Shown: positions 10,096-23,669 of the stretch, piece after piece | How the letters are laid out: the number at the start of each line of letters is the position of its first letter | How positions within the stretch are numbered: position 1 is the stretch's first letter | DNA from: Dipteris shenzhenensis | Lineage: Eukaryota | DNA length: 64,000 nucleotides | Strand: one strand, 5' to 3' | NCBI GenBank assembly: GCA_047967505.1 | Contig: CM106538.1 | The notes under the pieces: model-generated | Told to the model about the DNA's origin: nothing | Databases searched by the model: none | Seen by the model: the letters and a program-made list of their open reading frames with translations, nothing else | Position numbers and translations under genes: made by a program

Positions 10096-13049
10096 TTGTT
10101 TCAAGCATTTTCAAGTTGACTCAAATATTAGAATTTCACAGTCCTGGAAATCAAGAAATTTCGAATCCTGCAGGCAAAGCTGCAGCAGGAACTTTTTAAC
10201 GGGGGCACAAATCTGGACGATGCGTCATTGCCAGCTGAGGTCTTGCAAGAAAGATGATAATATGACAGATTGAGTAAGAAACGATGTTCTCTAGGACGGC
10301 TAGTTCATGATGAACTAGTCCAGACTCCAAACTCAGTGTGCACCAGAAAAGAGAGTTTGGAATGCTCATGCGCGGGTGCCGGATGGAAAACCCTCTCAAT
10401 TGCTTTGACAAGCACTTAATTTCTTAAAGGGACGGATTTTGTATGCAGAAGGGAGGAAAGCATATGCTTGAGTAGTATTTAAAGCCGTGGGTTTTTGCAT
10501 CTCCTTTTGTCTTTCTTTTTAATTCATTCATCTTTCGGCAAGTCCTATACTCCTAAATATGTGATTCAACATTGAAAGAATAACTAGATTTGCGGCTGCA
10601 GGGAGCCTTTCCATCGTGGAGCACGTAATTACTAACTCATAATTGAAGCTGAATCCTACTATTTATCAAAATTTTAAGGAAAAAAGCGAATGAGTAAAAT
10701 AGTGGATATTAGATGCGACACAGGGTCCATTAAGACCCAATCCCCCCTGCAAATGTCAGGGGTGGTGATTTATTATTGATTTTGTGATGCCCATATTTTG
10801 ACAGCTGAAGTCCAACATTAAATACATGAATAAGGCACTACAATAACTGATCCTCGTTGCAGTTTAAGCAATATTGTCAGATGGACTTCATATTCGTAAT
10901 GCAACCTAAAAAATCGATATCTTGCACAGACCAGTCATGTAGATCTCTTTTTTTTTCTTCAAACGTGGAAAAATAGATGCTATCCATTATTCTTGAGCTA
11001 TCCAAATGCTTTAGGTATAAATTAGTCGGTGGATTGTTGGGTTCAAAGCCAAACTTGGAGAATATGTTTCTTATATGTTTACAATAAAATTAGAAAAAAA
11101 AACCTTGCTAGAGGGACCCTTTTTGGCCACATATTTAGATGAATTCAATGACATATTCATGCCTACAAATAAAAACAAGCTGTGCTACATAACATATGTA
11201 TAAGAAGTTGCAAATTAGTTGCTTAAAGGGTTGAATTATGAATGATCAAAGAAACAAATTAAAAGAGATCAATTTATCATCATTTACCTTCTTGATAATT
11301 TCATGCCACCATTGTGAAGGCTCTACCAACATGGGGTCCAATTCTCGGCAATATATCAATTGCCTTAACTAATCCATCAATCATGCTTTCCATCATGCGT
11401 CCATGTTCTTTCTTACTCGCATGCCAAACTTGCAGTGCTGTACCATTTCTGTTATGTTCCTCCTTGCATGACCCTTTGTGCATTCCAAGTTCTAACCAAC
11501 CCAATTATTAGGTTTTTATTTTCTCAAAAAATCTTCAAGACTTTTGTGTGATAGTTTATTATAGCTACCATTCTATGATGTATAGAGAAGCTGGAAGTCA
11601 TACCTATTGCCTTGAGAAGTTGGGATTATGTTTCTATGTTTGTTGCATTACCCACTATGAGAAACATTAATAGTGATCAGAACGAAAGCCTAGGGAGAGA
11701 TGTATACCCGAGTATGAGCACCCCTAGGGGTACTGACACTCTAGATAAGTATAGCTTTATAGCTCAAGTCATATCCTGTGTTGCACTCTAGGCAACCGAG
11801 ATGTGTAGGCTAGAGTGGTTCTTGGGTAACTATGGTCTAACTTTGGCCTCTATCGCGATATCATCGATGTGCTTAATAAGAGGGATTTCTGCTTTATAAG
11901 TGTTTCATTTTTGCGGCTGCAAGTTGTGTGCATTATATCAGATGAGGCCAACAATTCCATCAGTGTTTTAGTCGCAGTACTTGTCTAAGTATAGGAACCT
12001 GCTTCTAGACTAGAGGAAATGGGCAAATTATGTTTATATATAAGTCTTTCTAGCATAATTTTGCAGGAGAACATATATATATTATGAAGGACATAGTTTT
12101 CCATATATTGATCTCGAGTCATTGGGTAGAATCTATGGCTTACAGGGCCATTACCTTGTCCAACTCACTCAAGATTCCATTGATGTGTGATACTGGTAGG
12201 TCTACAAGCTTTGGAATGATTACACAATAGTGACGCGGATTCTTGAAACACTTGTAGGCTGAATCATCAACTATCATTTGAAATGTTGAACTCGTTAAGA
12301 GATCGAGATTTACAACCCATCCATCCGAGATTACAACCCAACCATCCACGCTTTGGGATTACCTTCCAGCAAGTGGGATTATGATCATAGAGACTGAGTT
12401 TACCACCTTCCATTCTCTTCAACTTTGCATGGCATCTCCTATGCTTTCTTCTAATGTTATTTTGGGTGTTCTCTCAATCGAATCCTTCTTGTGGCAAAAG
12501 TTTCATCTCTTCATGCTCTTTGAATATTTCTATTCTATGCCTATATAGTTGGTAGGAATAGGAATGCCATTTTATGCCTATATACATCTCTACTTTTTAA
12601 TTCATAGAGTTCTTGCTATTAAAAACACATTTAGCGTGCTTGCCTATTCAAAACACAATTTAGATCCAATACTGCAACAAATCACAAACTTTTCCTTGAG
12701 CTTGTCTATTGTCTATTGTTGTGTATCTAAGTGTCCATTGAGTTTTTTACATTAGGGGAAAATTAGGGTCTCCAAAGGGCCCCCAATTAGTGTTTCCTAA
12801 TTTCAAGGGATTAGTGAGGTAATTGAGGTGTACCAACAGAAGTGCTCCTTTTTATGGGGCAATGCCATGTTCAGGTGGAGGGTGGGTAGACCTGCAAACA
12901 GCCCCTATTGGCTACTCCTCTTATACTGTGGACCACTCAAACCATCCCCCCACCCCCTCTACCCATGCTTGACCCTTCTACCATATGCACCTCCCCTAAA
13001 CAAGCCTACAAGTCATTCAAGAGGCGGTGGGCCCTTCTGGGCAAAGTTT

Positions 13050-13515
13050 TCCCCATCTCAGCTTGTTACAAGCCTGCCCCCTCCTCTTCTCTGGTCGAGC
13101 TCCATTCTCCCTCCATTTTTCAAACGTGGGAGCTCATTTGGCATCTTCTCTGCCCCCTCCAGCTCTGGTCCACTGTCTTTCTCCCTCTCTAGCACCTCCT
13201 GTAGCAGCTGCTCATTCTCTCTCCATTCCTAGCTACAGCACCTCCTACAGCGGCAACTGCTCATCCCCCTCTACTCTTTCTCCCTCCATTCCTAGCTATA
13301 GTACCTCTTGTAGTGGCCACTCATCCCCCTCTGCTCTTTCTCCCTCCATTCCTAGCTACAACATGTCCTGGACCAGCTGCTCATCCCCCTCTGCTCTTTC
13401 TCCCTCCATTCCTAGCTACAGCATCTCTTGGAGCTTCTTGCAACCTTCAGTTGCACCCTCTATACCTTCTCCCTCTCTCTCTCCCTCTATCAGAGCTGCT
13501 CTCCCTCCACGCTGC
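13050..13515 (+). repeat. CT-rich low-complexity tandem repeat (about 60-bp period) inside the transposon left end
   Basis: ctcatccccctctgctctttctccctccattcctagctacagcacc recurs at about 13260, 13320 and 13380. Confidence 0.85.
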
Positions 13516-14275
13516 ACTTTCTAGTCCACTATTGCTGTTGTGACCTCTGTACAAGCATGGTGAGGAGACCATACATGTACTCTGTGTCCCACAGGAGCAA
13601 AAATGCACTGGGTGAATGGGTGCCTTGCACCTACAGCTTGAGTGATTGGATAGTCATGAGAGGATCTACCAAGGGTCCACATAAGCTTCCCAAGAGCAAA
13701 AGAGGTGATCTTTTGCATGAATGGAAGGGCCGCATCATGAAGTTCAAGCTTGGGAAGAAAGGATGGCTTGCAAAGGTGCAACACATCTACATGGGGAAGG
13801 ACATGCACCTTCCTCCATCAAGCAATCAATCGACAATACCATCACATTGTAAGTCTGCATTTTGTGAAAGATTTTGAAGTGTAATGAGTCAGTTTGAGTT
13901 TGAAATTGTATTTTGAAATAGCACTTGTGCATAGCAAATGTATTTCCTTCAGACTTTGAGGAGTGGGAACCAGTCGGGTGCTTCTTAGGTAAGTTTACTG
14001 CCATTCATGAGGATTTAGGAAGGCAAATGCATTCTGGAGAGAAGACCTCTGCTTTGAAATAGAGAAATATCTATTGGTATAATGCCAAGTACATTACTCC
14101 AAGGACGGCATTAGGCTATGGGCATCTTCAATGCATTGCAACACCACAACTTGAAGACATGGATTGCAGCATGGTGGACACAAGAACAGTGTAATCATAC
14201 AAGGAAAAGATTGCAAAGGATGTGGGCATGGCTATGAAGTTTATGAGAGTGCTCTCAACAGAAGCAAGAACGGAA

Positions 14276-17200
14276 GAGGGAGAGAGAGAAACAGAGAGCC
14301 ACACAAGTTTTGGTGGGTGCAGAGAGCCACACAAGTTTTGGTGGGGCCTTTAATGCATCTAGCTCATAAGTATTCTTGCTATCCAATAGCATATCATCCA
14401 CATCTAGTCCCAAGATTATCAGGCTATTATCCTTAGCCCTTTTAATGTAGAGGCTGTGATCAATTTCACCTTTTCTAAAACCCTGGGATTGAATGAAAGC
14501 ATCAAACTTCTTATACCATTCTCTAGGCGCTTGCTTAAGACCATAGAGACTCTTCTTTAGCTTGCAAACTAAATGCTCTTTGCTCTTTTCTTCAAGGCCT
14601 TCCGGCTGCACCATGTAAATTTCCTCATTCAGATCCCCATGCAAGAAAGCTGTCTTGACATCCATCTGCATAAGCTCCATATCCTCTGCTGCCACTAGTC
14701 CAAGCATGCATCTAAGTGTGGTCAACTTCACAACCGGAGAGAATATCTCATTAAAGTTCACACCCTTCTCTTGCTTGAACCCTTTAGCGACCAAACGGGC
14801 CTTATACCTAGGCACATCATCACCTGTGACCTTCATCTTGTAGACCCATTTACATGGCAATGCTTTCTTTCCATGTGGCAAAGAAACCAAGTCCCAAGTC
14901 TTATTTTTCATAAGTGAACTCATCTCTGATTGCATAGCATACTCCCACTTGTGTTGATCCTCGCGCATCATAGCCTCTCTGTAGCCAGAAGGCTCCCCGT
15001 AATCAGTAAGCATCACATAGTCTACCCCTGGAACAAACCTATCAGGCGGTCTAGACACTCTAGATAATCTTCTCAAGGGCATTTTACTTGCTGTCTATGA
15101 ACATATGCAGGTGGATTCACATCCTGGAAAGTGATTCTTCTCATTTCCACATCCCTCATGGGTGCCTTATGCATCTTCTTCTCATTTAAGACTACATCAT
15201 GGCTGCATATGATCTTCTTTGCTTCTGGATCCCAGAGATGATAGCCCATCTCTCCACTTTCACCATAACCCAGAAAGATGCATTTCCTAGATTTAGGATC
15301 TAGCTTCTTTCAAAGCTCTTTTCGCACATGTGCATATGCCTCACACCCAAATATACGTAAATGAGAGTAAGAGGGCTTCTTGCCACTCCATGCCTCTTCA
15401 GGAATACCACTATCCAAACTCTTACTAGGTGATCTATTGATCACATGCACTGCAGTCTTCATTGCCTCAGCCCAAAAACCACCGGAGAGACTTGCATTGG
15501 AAAGCATGCGTTGCAATCTTTCTTGAATGGTACGGTTCATCTTTTCTGCAACTGGATTTTGCTCTGGAGTACGAGGGGATGTGAGCTCCCTCTTAATCGC
15601 ACGTGTATCACAGAAATGCTGAAAGTCATGAGAGAGATACTCTCCACCATTGTCAGTCCGTAGGCATTTAAGCGTTCTACCTAACTGATTCTCAACCAAG
15701 GCTAGCCATTTTTGAAATACCTAGAACACATCACTCTTCTGAGCTATAGCATGAGCCCACACTTTCCTAGTTGCATCATCAATGAATGTCACATAGTATT
15801 CAGCCCCGCCTAATGACCATGTAGGCATGGTACCACATACGTCTGAATGCACCAAATCAAGCTTTTCAAACTCTTTCTTTCCCCTTCTTTTATGGGCTGA
15901 TTTAGTCTGCTTCCCATAGAAACAGTGCTCACAGAATTCAAAATCAGAGAAACTCAAATGCGGTACATAACCCAAACAGCATAAGAGTTTCATTCCATTT
16001 TGGCTCATGTGCCCCAACCTGCAATGCCACAAAGAAGTACTTGGCTACTCGGTTATTGCAACAACAACATGATCAAACACCCTTGATACATGTAAGGGAT
16101 ACAAAGTCCCACACTTGGCACCCCTAGCCAAAAGCATAGAGCCCTTCTAAATTTTTCAACTCTGAAAGCCAAAAGTGGTGTGAAAACCAGCATCATCTAG
16201 TTGACCCATTGAAATGAGAATCTTGGTTAGCTTAGGCACATCTCACATTTTTCAAAATACTCGGGGGGGTCATTCATCATATGTAACCCTATCACGTGAG
16301 TTCAGCAGAAGGATATTTTTTATTCTTAAAATTTACAGAAATAAATATACATAAGGGACTATTTAAAATAGTTTTGGAAAAAATTTACAGATTTGTATAG
16401 AAAAGGGGTACATTTTATTAATGAAAAAATTTACATATAAGGGATTTTAAATATAGGCCTTGAACGCACGTGATATAGAGGGTTTATACATAGTGACCTC
16501 CCCAAGTCAAAATAAATGTAGACCCATTTGCAAAAGAAAACTTTATGTCACCTACTCCCACTATGTCACATGCATAGTCATTTCCAAGATGCACACAACC
16601 TGTCTTTCCACTGTCATAAGTGGAGAACCATTCCCTATGGGGAGTAACATGGAATGAAGCACCAGAATCCAAAATCCAATCCTATGCATCATCTGAAGTG
16701 GTAAGCAACTCTGCATATAAACTAGACATGAAGAGAATGTCATTGTTACTATCATGTGTGACTGCATTGATCTCCTCGATCTTTACTTTTCCTTTGTCCT
16801 CCCTTGGACTCTCTTCCTTTTGAATTGCACCCCAATTTGCATTCTTTTGCTTATCCTTGTGCATTCTTTTCAGCTTGTAGCAATCCTTTTTCATATGGCC
16901 CTTCTTGCCATAGTGGTAACACTCAATGTTCCATGCCCTAGATGCAGCTACGAGACTTCCCTCTTTCTTGGGACTTCCCCTTGAACTGTGATCTACCCCT
17001 TTGCACATTTAAGGCTGCATCCTGCTTGTTTCCATCAATAGACTTCCATCTAATCTCCTCGGCCAACAAGCTACCCACAACATCATCAAATTTCAGTACT
17101 CCACCAGGTGTAGAATTACTGACAGCTATACGGAAGGTATCCCATGAGGATGGCAATGAACATAAGAGAAATGTTGCCTTAGTCTCCGCATCAAAATTCA

Positions 17201-19229
17201 TCTTCTGAGCCTGAAGCTGGCTGAAAATAATACATTCAAGTGAGAAGCAATCGAGACCCCTTCCTTCATATGCAGCTCAAACAACCTCTTCATGAGGTAA
17301 ACTTTATTAGAGGCAATTTCCTTCTCATAAGTGGTGCACAGTTTCTTCCACAAATCTTCCGTAGTCTGCTCATTTAGTACTATGAAATCAACTGACTCTG
17401 CAAGATGAAGTCTAATAGTAGACTTTGCTAATGCATCCAACTCATTCCAATCATCCTTAAACATATTTGTAGGCTTAGCTTCAATCCCTGCCAAGGGTTT
17501 AATCTACTTCTTTTGAATAAGCACATCCCTTATCTATTCTTTCCACAAAGAAAAGTTTGTCCCATCAAACTTTTTAATGTTGAAAAACTCCTTTTCAGAC
17601 ATGGAAGAGGATGCCATGATGCAAATAAAGCAAAATCCCAAATGCCAGTTCTTGCAAGAGAGAATCACACCAAATACTAGGTGCACCCGAATGTGTGAGG
17701 AATGTGTATGCCACAATAGAGTGAAAAATCACCAAAACTCAAAGCTCAAAGCATCAAAAGATACAGCTGACTCATGTGAATGTACTATGCATCCATATGA
17801 GCAAATCTAGCCCAAAAGAAAATGCCAACTGCAATGGCAATCCAAAATGCCAATAAGTGCCAAATGGCTCAAGCATAAACACCGTCCATGGGATATGCAT
17901 CAATAATATCTCATCCAAGAGAGCATAACACTAGCAGTGCATCAACTGCAATGTGTCAAAGCTGTCCCTCAGCATAAAACAGCAGCCATGTGCAAAGCGT
18001 CCATAAAAAATAGCATTCCACAAGGTAATCTGGGCCTATCAGCGCATCCTAGAATAAGCATCGCAATGCTTCCAAATGGCCTATAAATCATCCACTGCAA
18101 CCCAATGCTCACCATGAATGAGCGCACACAGCTCAAACTGCAACCAGAGTGATCTGCATAAGGTATGCTCAAGAATTCATGGTCTCATAGCAATGACCGC
18201 TACTGAAAATAGAACTTGAGATGCCTCAAAACATGGGTGCCATTGCATAATGGGACTCAGCAAGAAAATCTGCAAATATCTCCCTTCTGCTGGAACTCCA
18301 AAATCCCAACCGATGAGTGAGAAATGGGTGTCAACACTTATCCACTGCCATGTGGCATAAATCTAAGGTTTCAAAACCTTAGAATGAAAAATGCATAATA
18401 GAGGGACGAAATCCAATACACAGAGATCTATAACACTAAAAATACTCCATCGAATCATGTAAGAACTGACAAGTAGGGGTTTTTAGGCATCCGGAACGCA
18501 ATGGGATAGACGGTTTTGGAAACTGTGGTCTCAATCACTGGGTCCAACACACGGATTGAAAAACGTTTTTGGAAACATAATTGTTTGTAAACTCCACCGG
18601 AGTGTGAATGATGAGCAACATAGATGTTTTAGGACCTCCTGAGTCCACCGGAACTGACAGATCTGCAAATGGTTGCTCCAAACTTGAGTTCCAAGACTCG
18701 GGCAGAAAAACATACAAACTGACACAGTGAGTCAGAAATCCAATGAAATGATCCGAGATTCAAGAATAAAGGTATTTCCAAGCTCTTGAAGTGAAATGGG
18801 CACCAAAAGCAAGCAATAGTTGCCTCTACAAGTCAATACGGAGTCTCTGTCATCGAACGGAACAGGGAAAAGCTTAAAAAACGACTTTTTCTTTGAAAAC
18901 ACTTAACAGGCTCTCAAAACCACTTCGCAAAACCAAAGTGACTTTTCCAAAGGTTCCTCCAAGGCTCTGCACACTCAAATGCAAGTAAAGTCACTTCCCA
19001 CAAAGCTTCTCCTTCCTTTCACAGAGCTGCTGAGCTTCCAGGCATTCACACATGCTTAGCTAGATCAACCGGGCTCTGATACCAGTTGAGAGGGAGAGAG
19101 AGAGAAACAGAGAGACACACTAGTTTTGGTGGGTGCAGAACACCCTAATCTTCTTTTTCATTCATTTATATATGTGTTTGAGTATTATACATAACTGGGG
19201 TAAAGGCACAGTGACCTTTAACCCCCACA
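14276..19229 (-). mobile_element. Ty1/copia LTR retrotransposon, copy A (RNase H end deleted)
   Basis: 5' LTR 19087-19229, PBS TGGTATCAGAGC at about 19073-19084, gag from 17617 (IKKFDGTNFSLWK), Zn knuckle, protease WILDSGASFH, GAG-pre-integrase WHCRLGH, integrase LRTDNGGEY, RT KARLVAKGF/QMDVKTAFLHG. Partial 3' LTR at about 14276-14345. Confidence 0.95.
16260..16506. mobile_element. MITE, 247 bp, 8-bp TSD TCAAAATA
   Basis: Ends CTCGGGGGGGTCA and TGACCTCCCCAAG. TSD at 16252-16259 and 16507-16514. The site is empty in copy B (about 30641). Confidence 0.92.
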
Positions 19230-20019
19230 GTTTACATTTGGCTCTAAATGGGTAAGGTTGTCTTAGTTTATGCCTATGCATATTTTTGCTTCTTGTTTTC
19301 AGAATATCCAGATGCACAGAACAAAAACCATGTGGTCATGCAAGTGCCTTCATGAGAATGCCCTTGAGGAATTGCTTAGGGTGAATTAGGAAAGCAGGTC
19401 AGGTGAACAAAAGGGTGATCTATTTCAATGCCATGTATGTAAGGACAATGTGGTTGTCAAGTACCACATCTCCCGCCAAATGTTATATTTTGCTTTCCAA
19501 TATAGGCGCTAGAAGAAAACACGTGGAAATTGGCTCCCCCTTGACTCTAACGACGATGACAATATAGGGGTAAGTTTATATATTGGTTCTCATTTAGGAG
19601 ATGTCAAGAATGTGACTATCACATCACATTGGACTCTTACGGACGTCCAGGAATACCTATTGGTCATGGAGGATGGCATGTCTGAGTCCTTTCACTTTAC
19701 CTTAAATGGTGAAAAGGTAGGAAAGCGTGCAGAGAAGCTCATGCATAGTGCCACTTTTATCCCTCCTGCAATATTGAAGATTGTAAACAATGTAGGATGG
19801 AACAATTGTGGATTTTGACATTTTCCAATTAATAGTGGTGCAATTAATTTTGATGTTTTGAATGGTTTTGTTTCATGTCAATGTCAAGTTTTGCCCAAAC
19901 AATTTATAATTCTTTTTATTATTTATATTTAGAACAGTTGGGTATATATAGGTTTTAAAGTTACTTTAGTTTCAAAGTTTCACTATCATAGCTATAGTTC
20001 TCCTAGCTATCAAACTACC

Positions 20020-21023
20020 ATGGATTCTGCTAGGTCTGCCTTCCACGATTTCATCTCCCATACTCCATTAATTGATAGAGAGGAGGAGTTATTTCCAATA
20101 TTTGATAAGAGCATAGATGTGCTAGGTACCTACTTGGGAGCCTGAGACGATTTTGAAGACATCATTACGTACATGCAAGACCACATCATGAGTTTTGCAT
20201 ATCAACTTAATGAGTCTACAAAAAGATGGGTCCCAATTGATTATTTGAAGTACTTGTTCAATCAAGAACCCATGTTCGTGAAGCGTTTAGATTGCTTTTG
20301 AGCCCAGCTCACACCCCTAGGGTTTAGGGAGGTGGACACTGATGACCTCCTAGCATGCGGAGTCATCGGAAACACAAGAAATAGGTTCCTATCCTAGGAA
20401 ATGACCTTTATTTTCCTTCTCCAGGAGGGACAAATGGAAGAGGAGGCCTCGACCTCAAGCCCTAACCCTGCCCCTGCCCTTTTCGATCCTCTTATTTCTG
20501 TAGATGAGCCCAACATCTACAATGAAGAGCCCATAGATGAAGAAGCTGAGGAGCGGGAAGCTACATTGGCCCTGGAAGTGCTCTAGCGACCTCCTGAACC
20601 CCATTTTACTTCTCAAATTTCATCCACCTCGGGCACCACCTCTGTTGACCCGCAACAATGATATGGTTTCTTGCTCCCCTTCTTGTTGATGGAGAACAAT
20701 ACCTCTTTCTCCATGACATAGAGGTTATGTTTGGTCTCTAGGAGGATGAAGCTCTTGGTGTCCTGTGTGGATACGAGGTGGACACGACTATGCAAGAACC
20801 TAGGTTTTTGGGAGCAGATGATTCAATAGAAGAGGTTCTTGCTTTAACACTGGCCCAAATCAAAGATGCAGAGACATCAATCTACTCCGACCTACCTGAT
20901 GTTCTAGAAGAAGCCTCCACATCTCACTCCAAATAGCAGGAGACCTCTGGATCCATCCTCATTGACAAAGAGGAAGGGATTGAGCATGATGACTCCATAG
21001 TGGTAAGAAACTATGAGCTTTGA
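20020..21023 (+). pseudogene. Acidic orphan protein gene (about 330 codons) in the transposon
   Basis: TATA-like tatatata at about 19943 and ATG at 20020. The frame MDSARSAFHDFISHTPLIDREEELFPIF... continues into ORF 20401 (EEPIDEEAEERE). It has stops and one frameshift near 20655. Confidence 0.45.
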
Positions 21024-21063
21024 ATTTCTTCTCTCTTGGTATACTTTTGCTTTAATGGAATTC

Positions 21064-21490
21064 TCATGTAATGTTGGACTGTTGCAGGAGGCATTTGAGG
21101 TCGACCTATTCTCATCTCGGCAACGCTTTGTTCACAGTAGCTTCAGTTGAGATTACTCACTGGCACATTACCTTGGCCAAGCAAAAGGGCGCTTTGTGGT
21201 GGTTATCCACAAAAAGTTCTCTCCACATGGCACTGATGACCTCCTAAAGTGCAAGGCCTTGTCACGAGTGATTGGTCATGCTGACATCAATTGCAATGCT
21301 GACAAGGTCATTTTGGTGAACCGCATGGCTGTCCTCAATGCCTTTGGAACCAATTTTCAAGGTATAGCATTGACGATAGCAGCCATGTCCCTAGCCAGCA
21401 CAATGACAATAGCGTTGACTCTCTATCGACTAGATTTAGAGCTAGAAGTGTATTTGGGAATTCAAAGCCTGATGTTCTCAGTGTTTTAGA
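21064..21490 (-). pseudogene. Small Cys-containing orphan ORF relic in the transposon
   Basis: The minus frame reads ..YCHCAG*GHGCYRQCYTLKIG..EVISAMWRELF..VDLKCLLQQSNIT*. TATA-rich DNA lies upstream at 21530-21555. Also present at about 31300-31697. Confidence 0.3.
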
Positions 21491-21903
21491 GAAGAGAGAA
21501 AGGCTCTAAAGCCTTATTGTATAGAAATTTTATTTTATATATACTTTTTATATAGTGCCCCATTTTGTGTTCTTTTACAAAATTTATGTTATCCTATCAT
21601 TGTATTTTGTAACTTTAAGAAGAATCTCATCGTGGCACAGAAGGCAAATGTGTTTGGCATCGTGCGGGAGCTCAGAAATGCCAAAACCCACTATGGCACG
21701 TATGAGGCGTGTTTCATCATGCCAAAACCCGCTATGGTGCGTATGATGCCTGTTTGACCAAACAGGCCTCATATGCACCATAGTGGGCATGTATAATAAC
21801 ATGGGAGCAGTAATAGAACATAAAAATATCTTTTATTCATTGGCCTCAAAGGGCAGAGATTTACAAAATGATTCAGGTTACACCAAATGAACCTAAACAA
21901 CAT

Positions 21904-22252
21904 CTAGGGCCTAAGGGAGGGATCGGAGTGGATGTGCTTGGCGAGTGCAAGGTCCTTGTCCATCACTGTTACTCTTTTGGCATGGATAGCACATAAGTTC
22001 CTGTCTTCAAAAAGACCTACTATCATCTGCTCAATTGCCTCCTGAATTGCTCTCATAGCACCTAAAGTGAAGTGCACATCATCCTTGTAATGTTGTGCTA
22101 TTTTACGTACAACACACTGGAAGGGTGCACGGGGAATGAGATTGTCCATAGTGGTTTGGAACTTGCGGATCTCCTGAAGTGCCTTCACGCCTGATTTTTT
22201 GTGCCTCTTAATCTTTGGGGGACCCTGCACTAGCCTTTGGACATGGCCCCAT
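21904..22252 (-). pseudogene. Histone H3-like fold, 5'-truncated (copy A)
   Basis: [70 protein letters not shown] aligns without gaps to the H3 histone fold. Confidence 0.92.
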
Positions 22253-23669
22253 GTCCATCAAATCATTGTGTGAGCACATGCTTCGAACCGAAAGACCCCG
22301 ACAATGTCTTGCACATGAGTTCACCTACCTTGATAAGCACATTAGACATTGAAACCTTCTCGAAAACTTTGCTACAAAGAACCTCGCATCTCTTTACTCA
22401 ACCATCACCCTGATGAGCCCCCTCAAGGGCTCATCACATGCAAAAAGATTGCACTGAGGATCAGTGCACATGATCCTTGTAGTGCCACACTGGTGGTGGT
22501 CTTTCAAGGCTGGCGCACATTTTGAAACGAGCTTGATGCGCCACTAGTGCTCATTTTTGCACCTCAATTTTTGAGGGTGCCATTTCTAGCCATTCTTTCT
22601 ACAGCCAATAGAATGCTGCCCGTTGGCACTGGCGTTGAGCTGCAATGCTTTCAGTCCTCTCTAGTTGGTACATAAGTAGATGGGCAAGCCAATCGAAATT
22701 GCCCAGCTTTGAAAGGCAGAGCTCTAGGCAAGTACTCAGAGCTCACGCAGATCTGTAATAAATGCTGAGACTACTTGAGCAATTTTAAACGTGTGAACTA
22801 ATCTATGTGATGGCACTAGTTGCACATTTGCCTCTTGTGTGCACTAGCTATCAGAGCACAGGATGGAGCACGGATCTCAATGCCCTTAGTGGACGGAGCT
22901 CCATACGTCGTACCATTAGGAGATTGGAGGGAAACTCGAACGTGGAAATATGAAGTTTAAGTTTGAGCACAAGGGATTGTTAGATTTCGCTTCTTAATGG
23001 AGGATTCGCATGTGGGGAAAAACATTGGGAAAGACTAAATGGGTGGGAGTAAAGAAAACTCGTGTGCATATGGGAAACATGCTTAAAAATTCGTGTTAAG
23101 TGTCTTTGAACGTTGAACGCTATTTCGCTGACTTTGGAATCAAAATTCATTATTAGATCAGAATCAACGAAGAACAGCCACGGGCATACGATTCAACCTT
23201 CAAATCACGAGCCATTTTTATCATTTCAATCCCATAGAAAACTTCGCGGAATCGGCAGCCCGCTGCAGTAAAGCGACGTAGAACAAGCAATAGCAGTCTA
23301 TCAAAGGAGTATAACGCCGTTATTTTGGAAGTCGAATACTTGCCCACCCCTGCAAGCGTTTGACCGGAAATCCCAGAAGGCCGCTGCGGAGCTCATCCGT
23401 AACCAATCTGCTGTTGATGAGAGTGCTATAGATGACCTCTTTACCATAATGCGAACAATTCTCTTCCTTCGGGCGCTGCTTGCTGCCTCCTTCCTCATAC
23501 ATCCTTTTATCCAGCTGCTGTGGGAATTATCTCTGCCTGCTATACTCAAATCTTTACTCAGATCGTAGGTACTGCGGTCTGTAAACGTTGTCTCGGCGGA
23601 AAAGCATTTGGAAGTGAGGGCGCGTCACAGTGGTCAGTGGTGCAAGAGCTACTTTAGCATTGTAAGTTG

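Larger units (their letters stand above)
13557..19818 (+). pseudogene. Spliced BAH-domain / Cys-Zn / ubiquitin-like protein gene, interrupted by a copia element
   Basis: Exon 13557-13848 (YSLSDWIVMRG..EWKGRIMKF..LAKVQHIY), GT at 13849, exon from about 13935 (VFPSDFEEWEPVGCFLGKF..IYWYNAKY) to the copia at about 14275. It resumes at 19230 (FTFGSKW), has a putative intron 19252-19302, then SCKCLH..FQCHVC..VTITSHWTLTDVQEYL..FHFTLNGEKV to the stop at 19818. Internal TAG stops. Confidence 0.6.
8192..22252. repeat. Segmental tandem duplication, copy A
   Basis: tctcgaaaactttgctacaaagaacctcgc at 8192 recurs at 22358. Colinearity runs through the peptide gene, transposon left end, copia and H3 fold, and ends at ggacatggccccatg (about 22252). 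Confidence 0.95.
12761..22252. mobile_element. Multi-gene TIR DNA transposon, left part (copy A), truncated inside its H3-like gene
   Basis: Left end aattagggtctccaaagggcccc at 12761 is identical to 26121. It contains the BAH gene, orphan ORFs and H3 fold. Confidence 0.7.

Noticed and set aside
13027-13543. Ser/Pro-rich extensin-like ORFs (also 26325-26894 and 36071-36641)
   Set aside because: They arise from CT/GA low-complexity tracts and their frames differ between the duplicated copies.
14270-19235. TSD for the first copia
   Set aside because: The outer end of the 3' LTR lacks its terminal dinucleotide and no 5-bp match to the other flank (gttta) is visible.
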